Shown one piece after another: positions 24,741 through 36,277 of a stretch of DNA of 64,000 nt. A program made the position numbers and the translations under genes. Below the pieces are notes generated by a model. That model did no database searches. It was not told the DNA's origin and saw nothing but the letters and a program-made list of their open reading frames with translations. Origin of the DNA: Takakia lepidozioides (taxonomy: Eukaryota > Plantae > Bryophyta). The stretch's first letter is position 1. Each line of letters starts with the position of its first letter. Location: contig CM060734.1 in the NCBI GenBank assembly GCA_030704615.1, positions 62,310,001 through 62,374,000 on the forward strand, in the 5' to 3' direction.

Positions 24741-26051
24741 ATGGCTACAGGCAGTAGCAGTGAGAGTGGGTTCACTAGACGAGGTGTTTGTTTCAGACCA
24801 CCTTCACTTCCACCCTCAACTAGTGCAGAGTCAGACACAGACTCGGAGGCTTCATCAACAGGTGTGCAGTTTCATTCGCCATTGTTGTGGGACGACATGG
24901 AGGAGATGTATGGAGCTACCAAGGGGCCTCGTAGGTACTCTGGAGCTGTGGGCACAATCAAGTTGGATGACTTTATCCAGGAGTTCGACAGCTGGTGTGA
25001 TTTGCAACAGATGCGCAATCCACAGCTATTCACCCCATTCATGGTGTGGAATGGACTGTTCCAACATTTGGAAGGCCCGCCTATGGACGATTACCACGAG
25101 TTCAGGCGAGGACATGAAGCAGAGATTGAGGAGTGGAGGATGTATTGGTCACCTGACTACGTCTCCATTACTCGAGGCACGACGCGACCAGTAGCTGCAT
25201 CAGTACCAATATCTCCCACTGCCAGCACTAGTAGTGGAACAAGTAGTGCCGGTACTTCTGCAGGTGGTACCAGTTCAAAAGGTGCTACTACTTCTCCTGC
25301 CACGACTACAACACATGTGCATAGATTCAACCCGGTGGTGGAGTTCTTCCAGGAGTTGCGGAGGAACTACCAAAATGTGCGGACAGAGAAGTTGCAAAGT
25401 TTGCAAGACTTCCAGCGCAAACCCAATAAGAGCCTGCGAGAGGCGTACACTCGTATGAGGCGCTTGATAAGTGTGACCCAAGGGGTTACTGAAGCTCAGG
25501 CAATCCAATTTTGGTATGGAATTTTGGACAAGGAGCTCAGGAGAAGGGTGCGGGATGCAACCCTGTTACAAGCAGCCCAACCCACATTAGCAGATGTGTT
25601 TCTGCTGGCTAAGCGGATTGAGCTCAACATGGTGGAGGGGCGAGTTGTTACCATTGGATTTGGCAAGGACATGCCTGCACGAGGCACAGCTGCCAGCCCA
25701 CAGGCACAAGGGATTGCCCAACAACGTGGTCCGGGGGGCAAGGTTTCCCAACCCAAGTTCCATGGAGCTTACTGGGGACCTCAGGTGCAGAGGCCCGTGG
25801 CATCTTTTGCAGGCCGACAGCAACCAGGGGTGATATGTTGGACATGTGGAGGACCCCATGTCAAGAGAGATTGCCCAGAGAGTGGCAGAAGGCCGGCACA
25901 AGCACAGCCTGCACAGTTGCAGTGTGGGCATTGTGGCAAGTATGGGCATGGAGATGCCCAGTGTTATGACTTGCATCCTGAGTTGCGCCCAGGCCAGTTC
26001 CAAGGGAACAATGGTGGCCGGGGGCAAGGTGGACCAGCCCAGAGAGGATGA
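24741..26051 (+). CDS. gag: Gag with two CCHC zinc knuckles
   Basis: RYSGAVGTIKLDDFIQEFDSW; FQRKPNKSLREAYTRM; CWTCGGPHVKRDC; CGHCGKYGHGDAQC; followed by a Gly/Arg-rich tail. Confidence 0.88.
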   Translation: MATGSSSESGFTRRGVCFRPPSLPPSTSAESDTDSEASSTGVQFHSPLLWDDMEEMYGATKGPRRYSGAVGTIKLDDFIQEFDSWCDLQQMRNPQLFTPFMVWNGLFQHLEGPPMDDYHEFRRGHEAEIEEWRMYWSPDYVSITRGTTRPVAASVPISPTASTSSGTSSAGTSAGGTSSKGATTSPATTTTHVHRFNPVVEFFQELRRNYQNVRTEKLQSLQDFQRKPNKSLREAYTRMRRLISVTQGVTEAQAIQFWYGILDKELRRRVRDATLLQAAQPTLADVFLLAKRIELNMVEGRVVTIGFGKDMPARGTAASPQAQGIAQQRGPGGKVSQPKFHGAYWGPQVQRPVASFAGRQQPGVICWTCGGPHVKRDCPESGRRPAQAQPAQLQCGHCGKYGHGDAQCYDLHPELRPGQFQGNNGGRGQGGPAQRG

Positions 26052-26171
26052 GGTGATCGGGCACGAGGTGCAGGCCAAGGGCAAGCTCAACATGGCCAAG
26101 GACGCGGAGGTCAGGGTGTTGACCAAGGCATGGCCAACCGGCTTCATCAACTAGAGTAGAGGCTCGCTGCC

Positions 26172-27272
26172 ATGGCTACAGCTCAAGCAGTACCGGCTCC
26201 CAGGCGGGATGGTCCACCTCCTGCGCCTGAGGGAGGAGATATGGGAGGCATGGGATTCATGTGCGGAGCAGCACTACCACTAGTGCAGGTGGAGTCTGCT
26301 GCAGCCGTGACTCAAGGAGTAGCACGAGTTCCTGAGCCACGAGGTGCAGAGGTGGAATTGGATCCACAGCGTGGGGAGGCAAGCCGTCAGGCAAGGCTTC
26401 CTCAGTCATTCACATTGGCGGAGACTATGTCGACGCCATCCATGGTACCTAGTTCTCGCCCGACTGTTACCAAGGCGGAGGTTACTATGTCATTGGGGAG
26501 AGCTACACGTGTAGCACTGACACCTACTACCAAGGCTAGTGCAGCCAGTGTGTTATTGGGGGCAGCCACCTCTGTGTGTCAAGCCGCACTGTTCTCGGCA
26601 ACCATGATTGCGACGCCGGGGGTAAGGCCAGCTGCAGTGTTCAGACTAGCAACACTCTGTGAGAGTGAGGAGGTCACTTCATCTTCTGCGGAGTTACTGG
26701 AAGGTGTAGTGGCAGAGGGATCCTTAGATGTGAGGGTCAAGACTGCCACGGCTGCGCCATGGCAAGCTGCAGCTGCAAGGTTGATGGAGCTGCCAGCTAG
26801 GCCAGCCTTTGAGCGCGCCATGGTGACACCTGGAGTTGTCTTGTTAGACAACCAGGATGGCATTTTCTCTTTGAGTGGACCGGCCGGCAAGAAGTATCGG
26901 CCACTGCGGGTCTTGTTGGACTCGGGAGCTCAGCCACTGATGTTGGGCAAAGCTGCTATTGCAGGTTTGGGCCTCATGGAGGCGGATATGGAGCCTTGTC
27001 CTTTCCAGATACAGACATCTCTGGGAGGATCAGAGCAGGCTCGGGGCATGACACGGCGTGAGTTGGCCATTGGACTACAAGCAGATCATCCTGTAGATGG
27101 CCTGGCAGTGGTATCTGCAGGTTTGAGGTGCATGTTGTGTGGGTCTGCTAGAGGGGCAGCCACCATGCTGGTGTGTGATCGATGCTCTAGAGATTGGCAT
27201 ATGGGCTGCTTGACTCCACCTCTTGAGATGGTTCCGGATGGGGATTGGTTATATCCACATTGCATTGGATAG
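26172..27272 (+). CDS. Retroviral-type aspartic protease fused in frame to a PHD finger; RT, RH and IN absent
   Basis: VLLDSGAQ catalytic motif; CMLC...MLVCDRCSRDWHMGCLTPPLEMVPDGDWLYPHC is a C4HC3 PHD with one C-to-Y change. Confidence 0.88.
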   Translation: MATAQAVPAPRRDGPPPAPEGGDMGGMGFMCGAALPLVQVESAAAVTQGVARVPEPRGAEVELDPQRGEASRQARLPQSFTLAETMSTPSMVPSSRPTVTKAEVTMSLGRATRVALTPTTKASAASVLLGAATSVCQAALFSATMIATPGVRPAAVFRLATLCESEEVTSSSAELLEGVVAEGSLDVRVKTATAAPWQAAAARLMELPARPAFERAMVTPGVVLLDNQDGIFSLSGPAGKKYRPLRVLLDSGAQPLMLGKAAIAGLGLMEADMEPCPFQIQTSLGGSEQARGMTRRELAIGLQADHPVDGLAVVSAGLRCMLCGSARGAATMLVCDRCSRDWHMGCLTPPLEMVPDGDWLYPHCIG

Positions 27273-27588
27273 TGGGAGTGGATACAACCATGGAGGGCTA
27301 ACAAGAAACGCAAGGCCAAGCTACTAGGGGACCTTGAACACACGAGGTCTTGACTCAAGTTCATAGATTGCAGGCAATTGATAATTTAAACTTGTTCAGA
27401 TTTAAATATTTTAAAATTATTACTGCAAAGACGGCGACTAACGATGGGGCTACTCTTGTACCCGGCCTCTTGGTCTATAGAGTCTGAGTACAACAGGGAC
27501 AGTGATAGAGGACTTAGTACGGCTGTGGCTATTACATCTTGTAGCTATCTGGAGGTAGAGGGACCTATCCACCAGCTAGGGGGGCGAT

Positions 27589-28116
27589 TGTGGCAGACTA
27601 CTTTATTGTGCATATATATGTGGTGTGGTTTGGACAACGATGTAGTTATGTAGCGATACGTATGCGCACAACAGCTGTCAAGTTAAATAAGCACAGTGTG
27701 AAAACAACTAGAATAAAGCTAGTTATTTGTATTTAACACTTGGATTTAGGTCAAGTGTTAAATCAGGTGTCAAGTTTAGTTTGACACCTGAACCGCCTTA
27801 TCTTCACGAGAGCGGCAGTCGCACAGCTCATCTCTCTCGAGTTGAGCCTGCGCGACCGAGCTCCTTCATCGCTTCAGGACTGAGTGTGCTTATGATGGGA
27901 GTGTAGGTTGTTGTGGGGTGGAGTCCCCATAGCTTGGGGTGCCCCTGGCTCGACTTCTATTTTAAAGAGTGATAGCGATGGATTCATGTTGTTTCTGGTG
28001 TGAACAGTGTGTCTCTATGCTTGTTTATCATTGTGGCAGACTACTTTATTGTGCATATATATGTGGTGTGGTTTGGACAGCGATGTAGTTATGTAGCGAT
28101 ACGTATGCGCACGACA
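27589..28116 (+). repeat. 3' LTR with an 85-bp direct repeat at both ends (27589-27673 and 28032-28116)
   Basis: TGTGGCAGACTAC...TATGCGCAC(A/G)ACA occurs twice; PPT precedes only the first copy. Confidence 0.8.
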
Positions 28117-28694
28117 AATGGAATTTTTATAAGTGCTCCACATGGCTCATGACGTGGAATATTTTAATGTATTTTAGGGCTTGTGTGGTTCGTAGAGATT
28201 GTTCTAATCGTCGGATGTAAAATGATCTAAGGGTGGAAGAGTAACTTTGTCCTTTGCCTGAATTTGTCTAAGTGTTGGGAGAGGGATGGAGGCTTGGGAG
28301 AGAGACGAGCAAGCGATGCGAGAAGGACGAAGACCAAATCGAGGCCCATGTCCTGTTGTTGCAAGCGTTATGGCGTTAGGGGCGCATTATGTGCAAATGT
28401 GGGCTCTTGGCTCCCCTTTGTACCATGATTTGGTATTCTTCCTGATGATCACAAGGTTCTTCGGGGAATCAGCTTGGTCTTAGCAGCCCATATTTTAATC
28501 TCTGCCCGCTCAGCTGCACCGTGGTGGTTCTTACGGACCAATCCCACATTACCTGACTACAGATACAAGCAGCATGCACAAGAGGTCTTCTTGGGTTCAT
28601 GGTCAGTCTAATCCGCAATGGGTCATGACACAAGGTAGAGGACAATGTGGTGAGGGCACCTTCTTCTTCGAGCTATTTCAACCTGTTTTGCCGA

Positions 28695-29495
28695 GATGTA
28701 GTGTCGTGGAGTGCGATGCTTGCAGGGACATGGGATGGAGGCTTTGGAGACCTATGAAGTTGCGAAGAGAGAGTTTGATAACATGGCTGAACGAGATGTT
28801 GTCTCATGGAACACGCTGAATCTCGCAAGATATGGCCAGCATGTGTGCGGGATGGGGGCATTGGAGACATATGAGCAAATGTTGCGAGAAGGGGTGCAGC
28901 CTGACCGGGTCACGATCATATGTGTTTGCAATGCATGTGCAAACCTGGCAGCCCTGGAGACATGGAGACCTGGTAACGGGCAAAGAGGTCCATTGTGACA
29001 TCGTCAAAGCTGGAACTGTACCAGATGTAACAATACCTCGTCGACATGTATGCCAAACGTGGGAGCATTCCCTTGTGGACAAGGAATGTTCAACAATATG
29101 GCTGAGCAAAATATGGTGTGGTGGAACGTGATGATCACAGGACATGCACAACATGGGCGGGGATTGCGGGTTTTGGAGACCTATGAGCAAATGATGTGGG
29201 TCTAGGGGGTGAAGCCCGAGCACATTACGTTTGTTTGTGTTTGTAGTGCATGTGCGAGCCTGTTGGAGAAGGGCAAAGAGGTCCATGGTTGCATCGTCAA
29301 AGCTGGAATTGTGGTAGATGTCATTCTGAACATAATACCCTTCTGGATAGGGAGTGTTCAACAATATGGCTGAGCGAAATGTGGTGTCGTGGACAGTGAT
29401 GATCGCATGACATGCACAATAGGGGCGGGGGTTGCAGGTTTTGGAGACCTATGAGCAGTTGGTGTGGGAGGGGGTGAAGTCCGACCACATTACGT
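28695..29495 (+). pseudogene. Degenerate PLS-class pentatricopeptide repeat (PPR) fragments
   Basis: FDNMAERDVVSWN; ALETYEQMLREGVQPDRVTIICVCNACANLAALE; GKEVHCDIVKAG; frameshifted. Confidence 0.9.
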
Positions 29496-30332
29496 TCAGA
29501 GAGTTCAAATGCCTCTCCACCATGACCTTGCTTAGCTAACCATGCCTTGCTGATGTTGTTGTCTTGCACTTGAGCTGTTTTTGGACACTGGCTGGAACAT
29601 CCACAAGGCAGCTCCGCTCGAGAGAGAAATCAGCTTGAATGTAGGGGCAGATTTTGAGATCACAATCACCACTCAAAACGCTATTCTTTGCACCGGCATG
29701 GCATGTCAGCATGCATATCAGCCCAAACTCATTACTCCGTGAGCCTTCACTGCCGGAGTGTGCCCATTCAAGCCAGATCTTCGAAACGCTGGGATGGAAC
29801 GGGGTTTTGAAACCAGCATTGCCCAAATGGATACCCAATTCAGCTCCGCATCTTGGTCCATTAATCTGCTGCACATTGTGAAGTTTTCTGCCCGTTCACC
29901 GCAAGTTAAGAAGGAATATTCTTAAAACACGGGTACTCATAATCTGAAAATGGCTCCACCTTATGTTGCTTGAGTGCGAATATGAGTGTGGTTGGCTTGG
30001 CAGCTTTACATCTGGTCCATCCCACTCGATACGATGAGCAGGTTCAGCTTGACTTCTCTTACACAAAAGACGCTGCCAAGATGGGGTTCGCTGCCCTAGA
30101 TGACTTCCCGTCGTTGTTCTGGGCCGCAACATACAATTAATCTGGCCCATGGCGAGGGGCCTTGTCTTCCACCAATCATCTGTAAGTCCTGTGAAACTGT
30201 TTTTGTGGCAGTTTGTAAGCAGTGGGTAGCGATGGTGGGCTGTTATAGGATTTGATGAATTCAATGTCGTGTACTGACAGCAACCCCTCATCTCTTATGC
30301 AAGCATTCAACAAGGTGTTCACACAGTCATCA

Positions 30333-31030
30333 GGGTTGTTGACGAGTTGCATCGATAAAATTGGAGCTGATAAAATTGTCCAAGTGTGCACGGACAATGC
30401 ATCTAACATGGTTAATATGGCCGATATTTTGATGGTACGTTATCCCCATCTATATTACCAAGGGTGTGCTGCTCATATCTTTGATCTCCTTTTGGAGGAT
30501 TGGGGAAAAGAATCATGGATGAAACACCTAGTAAAAAGAGCAAAGTCGGTTGTGACGTTCATTCGTACACATCACATCCCTTTGGCATTGTTTAGAAAGC
30601 ATGAACCCAAATACAACCTTAGGAACCCGGGTGAAACCCGCTTTGCCACAAACTTTTTGATGGTGGATCGACTGGTGACTGTGAGGGCGAGTCTGGTGCA
30701 GGTGATCATTGACCCTCAATGGGATGTGTATGTGAGCACCTTACGCGACTCTCGTAAGTCCAAGTCTTTGAACAAAAGTCGGAGGGTCCGCGCAATCATT
30801 CGCTCCGATTCTGAGCGAAATGTGCAAATTTTCTGTACATGGTGGAGCCGGTGTTGATTGCTTTGCGGGAGTTTGATGGAAAACAACCAATAATGGATAA
30901 AGCATGGTTGATATTGGAAAACCTTGAGAAGCACGTGCAATCCTTGATACGTCCTCAATTTTCTATGGACGATGATTTGGCGGCAAGGACCCAGGATGCA
31001 TTTTACGACCGCAAACGGATGGTTCGCACC
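30333..31030 (+). pseudogene. hAT transposase middle part (DUF659 region), inverted relative to its N-terminus
   Basis: VQVCTDNASNM...CAAHIFDLLLEDWGK...PGETRFATNFLM. Confidence 0.9.
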
Positions 31031-31846
31031 TTGATAACGTGCATCTTTTCTCTCCCCGCTTGTGTCAACGGATCCCAAAAATTGTTCCACCGCATGACAG
31101 ACCAGCATGACATTGAACAGTGGTCAATTAGTAACAGAACTCCAACCGTCCGCACATATAGTGCTTCCATATTTTCGGAGAGAATCACCTGTCTTTTCAT
31201 TCACCTTTTGGGTGAGGTCAGACATAGCCTCTTTTAGCAATCTTGTGCGGAGATCGCGATAACTCGGAGGTGTGTATGTGGACTTGGAATCGGACGTGGC
31301 TTTGACAGCAGCCACAAACACAGGAAGCCTGGAGACATTGAACGGAATATTGGCCTAGTAGAAAAATTGGGCCCACTTCTTATCCAGAGTCCTCCTGTGC
31401 GACAAATTTAAGCCTTCTTGCATTGATTGTTGCCTCAATGGTCTGGTCCGTACAAGTGCTAGCGTACAATCGGGTGTTGCTCCTGACCCACCGGCTTCTC
31501 CATGAACAACAGACGCCTCGCAAGAATCCTCCTGGGTACAACTCTGAGGGACAGTTTGATTCGAACCTGGAGTGTTTGGCTCAGAAGCCGCGTCCACATC
31601 AAGAGACGGATGGATATTGCCTCCACATTGGGCAAAGTGGGCTTTCACTCGCATGGAGGCTTTTGGGCACAAACTAACCCCTGCATTCTTCCCATTTCTG
31701 TAGCCGAGGTGATATAACATGCGATCTTTGCGACCCGCCAGCTTCAATGCACAAAGATTGCATTGAACACCGTCCTTTTTGTGCGGGTCCACGGTGAACC
31801 AAGGGATCCACTCCTCCCTCATCCTCACACCCAAAACCCTAACCAC
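31031..31846 (-). pseudogene. hAT transposase N-terminus (BED-type Zn finger, start of DUF659), copy 1
   Basis: VQCNLCALKL...YHLG...CP; KWAQFFY.ANIPF; YTPPSYRDLRTRLL; STICADGWSSV. Confidence 0.9.
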
Positions 31847-32175
31847 AGACTTAAGGTTAAATGAAGAACACTAGTGTACTTGGTAGATTTGTCAAGAGCA
31901 ATAGAAGTTAGAACAGAATGCGATGGCCCAACACTACAACATCAATGCACCATGTAGTATTGTGCTTTTCGACAATTTGCTGCAGTGGCTTTGGTGGAAG
32001 CCACAACAGCAAACGGTCTGCACCCTCCTCTTGGGCTTACACTCTTGCTCAAGGAATAGAGAACATTCACTCGCCACAAAAGTGTTTGCCACAAAAGAAA
32101 TGAAGGACATTGGGACCACCTTATATACTCTCTAGCCTCCAAGCCTCACACGCTCGACGAATCAGAATCCAATGC

Positions 32176-32740
32176 TGCGACCGCTCCAGGTCGCACGAGG
32201 AAGTCGCATGTTATTTTTAAAAAAAAACTGCTGCGACCACCCTCATGCTGGTGGTCGCAGATATTAAAAAACAGAAAATTGTTACGACCACCCCCCTGTT
32301 GGTGGTCGCACATATATATTTTAAAAAAATGTTGCGACCACCCCCATGCTCGTGGTCACAGACATTATTTTAAAATAATAATAATAATGATAATAATAAA
32401 ATTGTTGCGACCACCCCCTTGCTGTTGGTCGCACCTATTAAAAAAAATAAAAAAATGCTGCGACCATCCCCATGCTGGTGGTCGCAGATATTAAAAAATA
32501 GAAAAATGTTGCGACCACCCCCCTAATGGTGGTCGCACCTATTACAAATAAAATAAAATTTGTGCGACCACCAGTAGCGGTGGTCGCAACTGTTTAAGAA
32601 AAGAAAAAAATGCGACTACCCCTGCTGGTGGTCGCATCTATTTTTTAAAAACCAAAAATGCTGCGACAACCCCTCTGTTGGTGGTCGCAACTATTAAAAA
32701 ATAAGATAAATTCTGCGACCACCGCCATTTGGAGGTCGCA
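32176..32740. repeat. Array of ~11 palindromes TGCGACCACC-N(4-7)-GGTGGTCGCA with A-rich spacers, upstream of hAT copy 1
   Basis: Direct reading; period ~50-75 bp. Confidence 0.92.
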
Positions 32741-33559
32741 CCAATTTAACAATAATGATTTAAAAATGATCTCAAATATTGGCGGATGGAGTAATTTATA
32801 AAACAATTCATTCACTTCCCAAGGTGTCGCTTGGAATACAACGTGTCCACCTACGTGACATATTTTTCACCTAACTCATGTTTTACTGATTTTTCGGTAA
32901 AATTGACGTGACGTTGGTCGCGTCAGCGTCAGGTCCGACGTGACGTGACGTGATGTGACGTCATTGACGTGTGCAACCCTGTTCACCGGAGCGCGGTGAC
33001 ACATAGACGCGGATATGGACGACGATGTGGACGCCGATGTGGCGACGCCACGACGAGCAGCACTGCTGCCACGGGCCCGATGCGCCACGTGGTAATCGAC
33101 CACATAACTTGCAGTGCTACATGCCCAGTGGCAACTGCGACTGAGGAAGTTGGCGCAACCACTGCTTTACTACTTTAAATGAAGTGCTCGAAATTACTTG
33201 AACAATCACTCATAGTGGTTCATGCTTTGAAGTTTTGGTGTTTGTAATGAGCCGACTAGTATATACACATGTAATGCCATACAAGAGAACTAATCATGTC
33301 ATTAGAAATGCGAAAACAATGAAAGACATGCCATGAAACAAAACGAAATGAAAATAAAATAAAATAAAATAAATGGTATTTTATTACATATGCGGAAAGC
33401 TCAAAGAGCTTATGATACAAACTGAAAAAACTTAAGTAAAAAAGCAGCCCAAAGCTGCTACTGCTCTGGGGATTGCCTCAGGGTCAAGGCCTCGTGCAAA
33501 TAAGCTGCCAAGCAATTGTGATCCTCATAATGCAAGACTCAGTGACAGATTGAGTTCCA

Positions 33560-35330
33560 CGGAATAGACCATCTACCCGTGCAGGTTTCTTGTAGCTATT
33601 GATCCACAGGGAATCATAGGTAATCTTGTGCTTGAAATCTGGCCCTATTGGATGAATCTGGACCCACACTCTCTTTGTTCCTTCAGCTACACATGCCTCT
33701 ACACAAATCATGCATTCATCCTTGCCTTGTTGCTGGTAGCTGACAATAACGGCCTAGATTTATTCTAGGAAACATCCAACTCAGCTTCTCACACTAGTTC
33801 CTAAGCTGAATGCATCTGCTAGTCTATGAAATGTAACAGACATTCACTTTTTTGCCTCAATTGTCCCATCATTGACTGGGGCAGAACAGTATTCATTCCA
33901 CAACTTCTCCTCATCTCTGTTACTTGTTTTTTGATACTTCTTGTTGTCACATTGGCAGTATCATGTTAAAGTCACTCCAAACTAGATTCATTCGACCAGC
34001 TAACTTGCAGAATGAAACATGGAAATTTAGGGCCGATTCTGATAAGAGGGAAAAACAAGGTGAAATGTGTTGAAGAAGATACATTCATTAGCAGTATCTG
34101 ATTTTATAAATTGTGCTGCTGCTACCAGTTGACCATCTACCCATGCAGGTTTGTTGTAGCTATAGAGTAAATCTGGAGCTTGAAGCCCAGCCCTCTTGGG
34201 TGAATCTGCACCCACACTCTATCCCTGCTCGTTCAACTATCCATGCCTCTGCACAAATCATGCATATATCATTGCCTTGCTGCTAGCAGCTGATGATAAC
34301 AGCCTAGATTTGTTCTTACACCCCAACCCTATTTGGAAAAACAGGCTCAAATGTGTTGAGAAAGGTGTCGTCATTAGCAGCACCTCATTCTATCAATTGT
34401 GTTGCCGCTATTGTTTCTACTTACAACAATTGACCATCTACTCCAACTGATTTCTTGTAGCTATCGATCCCTCAACCTGAACCTGAACATGAATCTAAAC
34501 CTCTATCCCTGGTCCCTCAGCTATCCCTGCCCGTGTACAGATCATGAATACATCCCTCAGCCTTCCTGTAAGCAGCTGACAATGACGGCGTGAAGTTCTT
34601 CGAGAAAACACCCCAACCTAGGACTTAACAGTAGTTCCAATTCTGAATTGCAACTGCTTCTCTCTGTAGTCGAACAAGCACTCAACTTTTTGTCTCCATT
34701 GTCCCCCCCCCTTCCCCCCGACTGGGGTCGGAAAATGTTCATCCCAAAGCTTCTATTCATCTTGTTATCTGTTTTTGGTACTTTCCTACTGCAACATTAG
34801 TAGTAACTTGTCAAAGTCACTCCAAACCACCCCACATCCACCCAACGAGCTAACTTACTGCATTCAATATGTAAATTCATGGCTAGGTCTGATGAGAGGG
34901 CAAAAAAGGCTGAAATAGGTCGAAGAAGAAGGTGCCCTCACCACATTGTCCTCAAAGTTGTGTCATGACCCATGGAGGATTTGACTGACCATGCAGCCAA
35001 GATGACCTCTTGTGTGTGCGAGGTGTGTGCTGCTTCCACAGGGAATTGTAGGCGATCTAGAGCTTGAAATCCGGCCCTCTTGGATGAATCTGGACCCACA
35101 CCGCTCCCTGCTCCTTCAGCTATCCATGCCTCTGCACAAATCATGCATACATCCTTGCCTTGATGCTAGCAGCTGACAATAACACCCTAGAATTGTTCCA
35201 GCAAACACCCCAACCCTGGGAATTTATGGTGAAATATGTTGAAGAAGGTACATTCATTAGCAGTGGGCCTTGTTCTATCAATTGTGCTGCTGCCATTGCT
35301 GTTTCCAATTGACCATCTACCCACTCATAG
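33560..35330. repeat. Degenerate tandem repeat of 4-5 copies (GACCATCTAC...GAATCTGGACCCACAC...CAGCTGACAATAAC)
   Basis: Copies near 33565, 34130, 34430, 35050 and 35310. Confidence 0.75.
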
Positions 35331-35374
35331 CCATTGTGCTATTGAAGAAGGTGCCCCCCTTCCCCCATCATTTG

Positions 35375-35720
35375 ATCATAGGTCTCCAAAGCCTCCATAC
35401 CATGTCCCTGCTATGCATACCCTGCAAGCATCGCGTTCTATGACACCACATTTGGTTCAGCCATAGTGTTGAATACTCCCTTCGCATCCTTAATGCACCC
35501 ACATTTGGCATAGACGTCCACCAGGGGAGTGTTCGGGATGACATCTAGTACAATTCCAGCTTTGACGATGTCACCATGGACCTCTTTCCCCTTTTCCAGA
35601 GGTCCCAGGCTTGCACACGCAAATATGCGCAAGCGTGATGTGGTTGGGCTTCACCCCTTTGCGCAACATTTGCTCATAGGCCGCCAAAGCATTCCTACCA
35701 CACCCATGCTTGGTAAATCC
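35375..35720 (-). pseudogene. PLS-class PPR fragment
   Basis: ACASLGPLEKGKEVHGDIVKAGIVLDVIPNTPLVDVYAKCGCIKDAKGVFNTMAEPNVVS. Confidence 0.9.
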
Positions 35721-36252
35721 TGCCAACATTATATTTCATCGATCCTCCCTCGAGTTCATCTCGAGCGATCAGAGGACTATGGGCATGCGCAAGCCTCTGC
35801 CGACCTAACCTTGTCGTCGATGACCTTATGCGGGAATCCCTCCCATTCTTCCTTAGAGGTACGAACCTCTTTTTTAAGGTGGGGCATATAAGTTTTCCAA
35901 CTAGGAGTTGAGACTTGACCCTATGTTTGTGAGTGCCTTGAGAGCATGCTTGCCCATAGTGAGCAAGATTTTTTGTCGCAAACAAGGAGAAGCAAACATA
36001 AAAAAGCTTACGGTTGGAGCGAAAGTGCCTCATTCTTCAATTAGAGAACCTTATCTCGTGAGGGCGGGAGTCCTTGCATAAGACATAATAGTTTTATAGC
36101 ATCCCTTTGGGCACGAGAGGCACACTTTGTATGCATTTGTCTTGGATTCCATTGCATTTGTTGGGTCCGAACCGGCCCCCCTTAAAATTTCCTGTGTCTT
36201 TTTTTTAGTATTTTTTCTAATTTTTGTTACCTTTGCAAGCCTTTGTTGACCA

Positions 36253-36273
36253 CCCTAAACCCTAAACCCTAAA
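36253..36273 (+). repeat. Plant telomeric repeat (CCCTAAA)3
   Basis: Direct reading. Confidence 0.9.
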
Positions 36274-36277
36274 TAAA

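Larger units (their letters stand above)
22980..28116 (+). mobile_element. Internally deleted LTR retrotransposon (extra 5' ORF, gag, protease, PHD finger, 3' LTR); 5' LTR not seen
   Basis: gag with two CCHC knuckles, LLDSGA protease, PPT AGGGGGGCGAT, then TG...CA repeat. Confidence 0.82.

Noticed and set aside
27589-28116. Independent TRIM with 85-bp LTRs
   Set aside because: No internal PBS or PPT; the PPT lies outside, before the first repeat.
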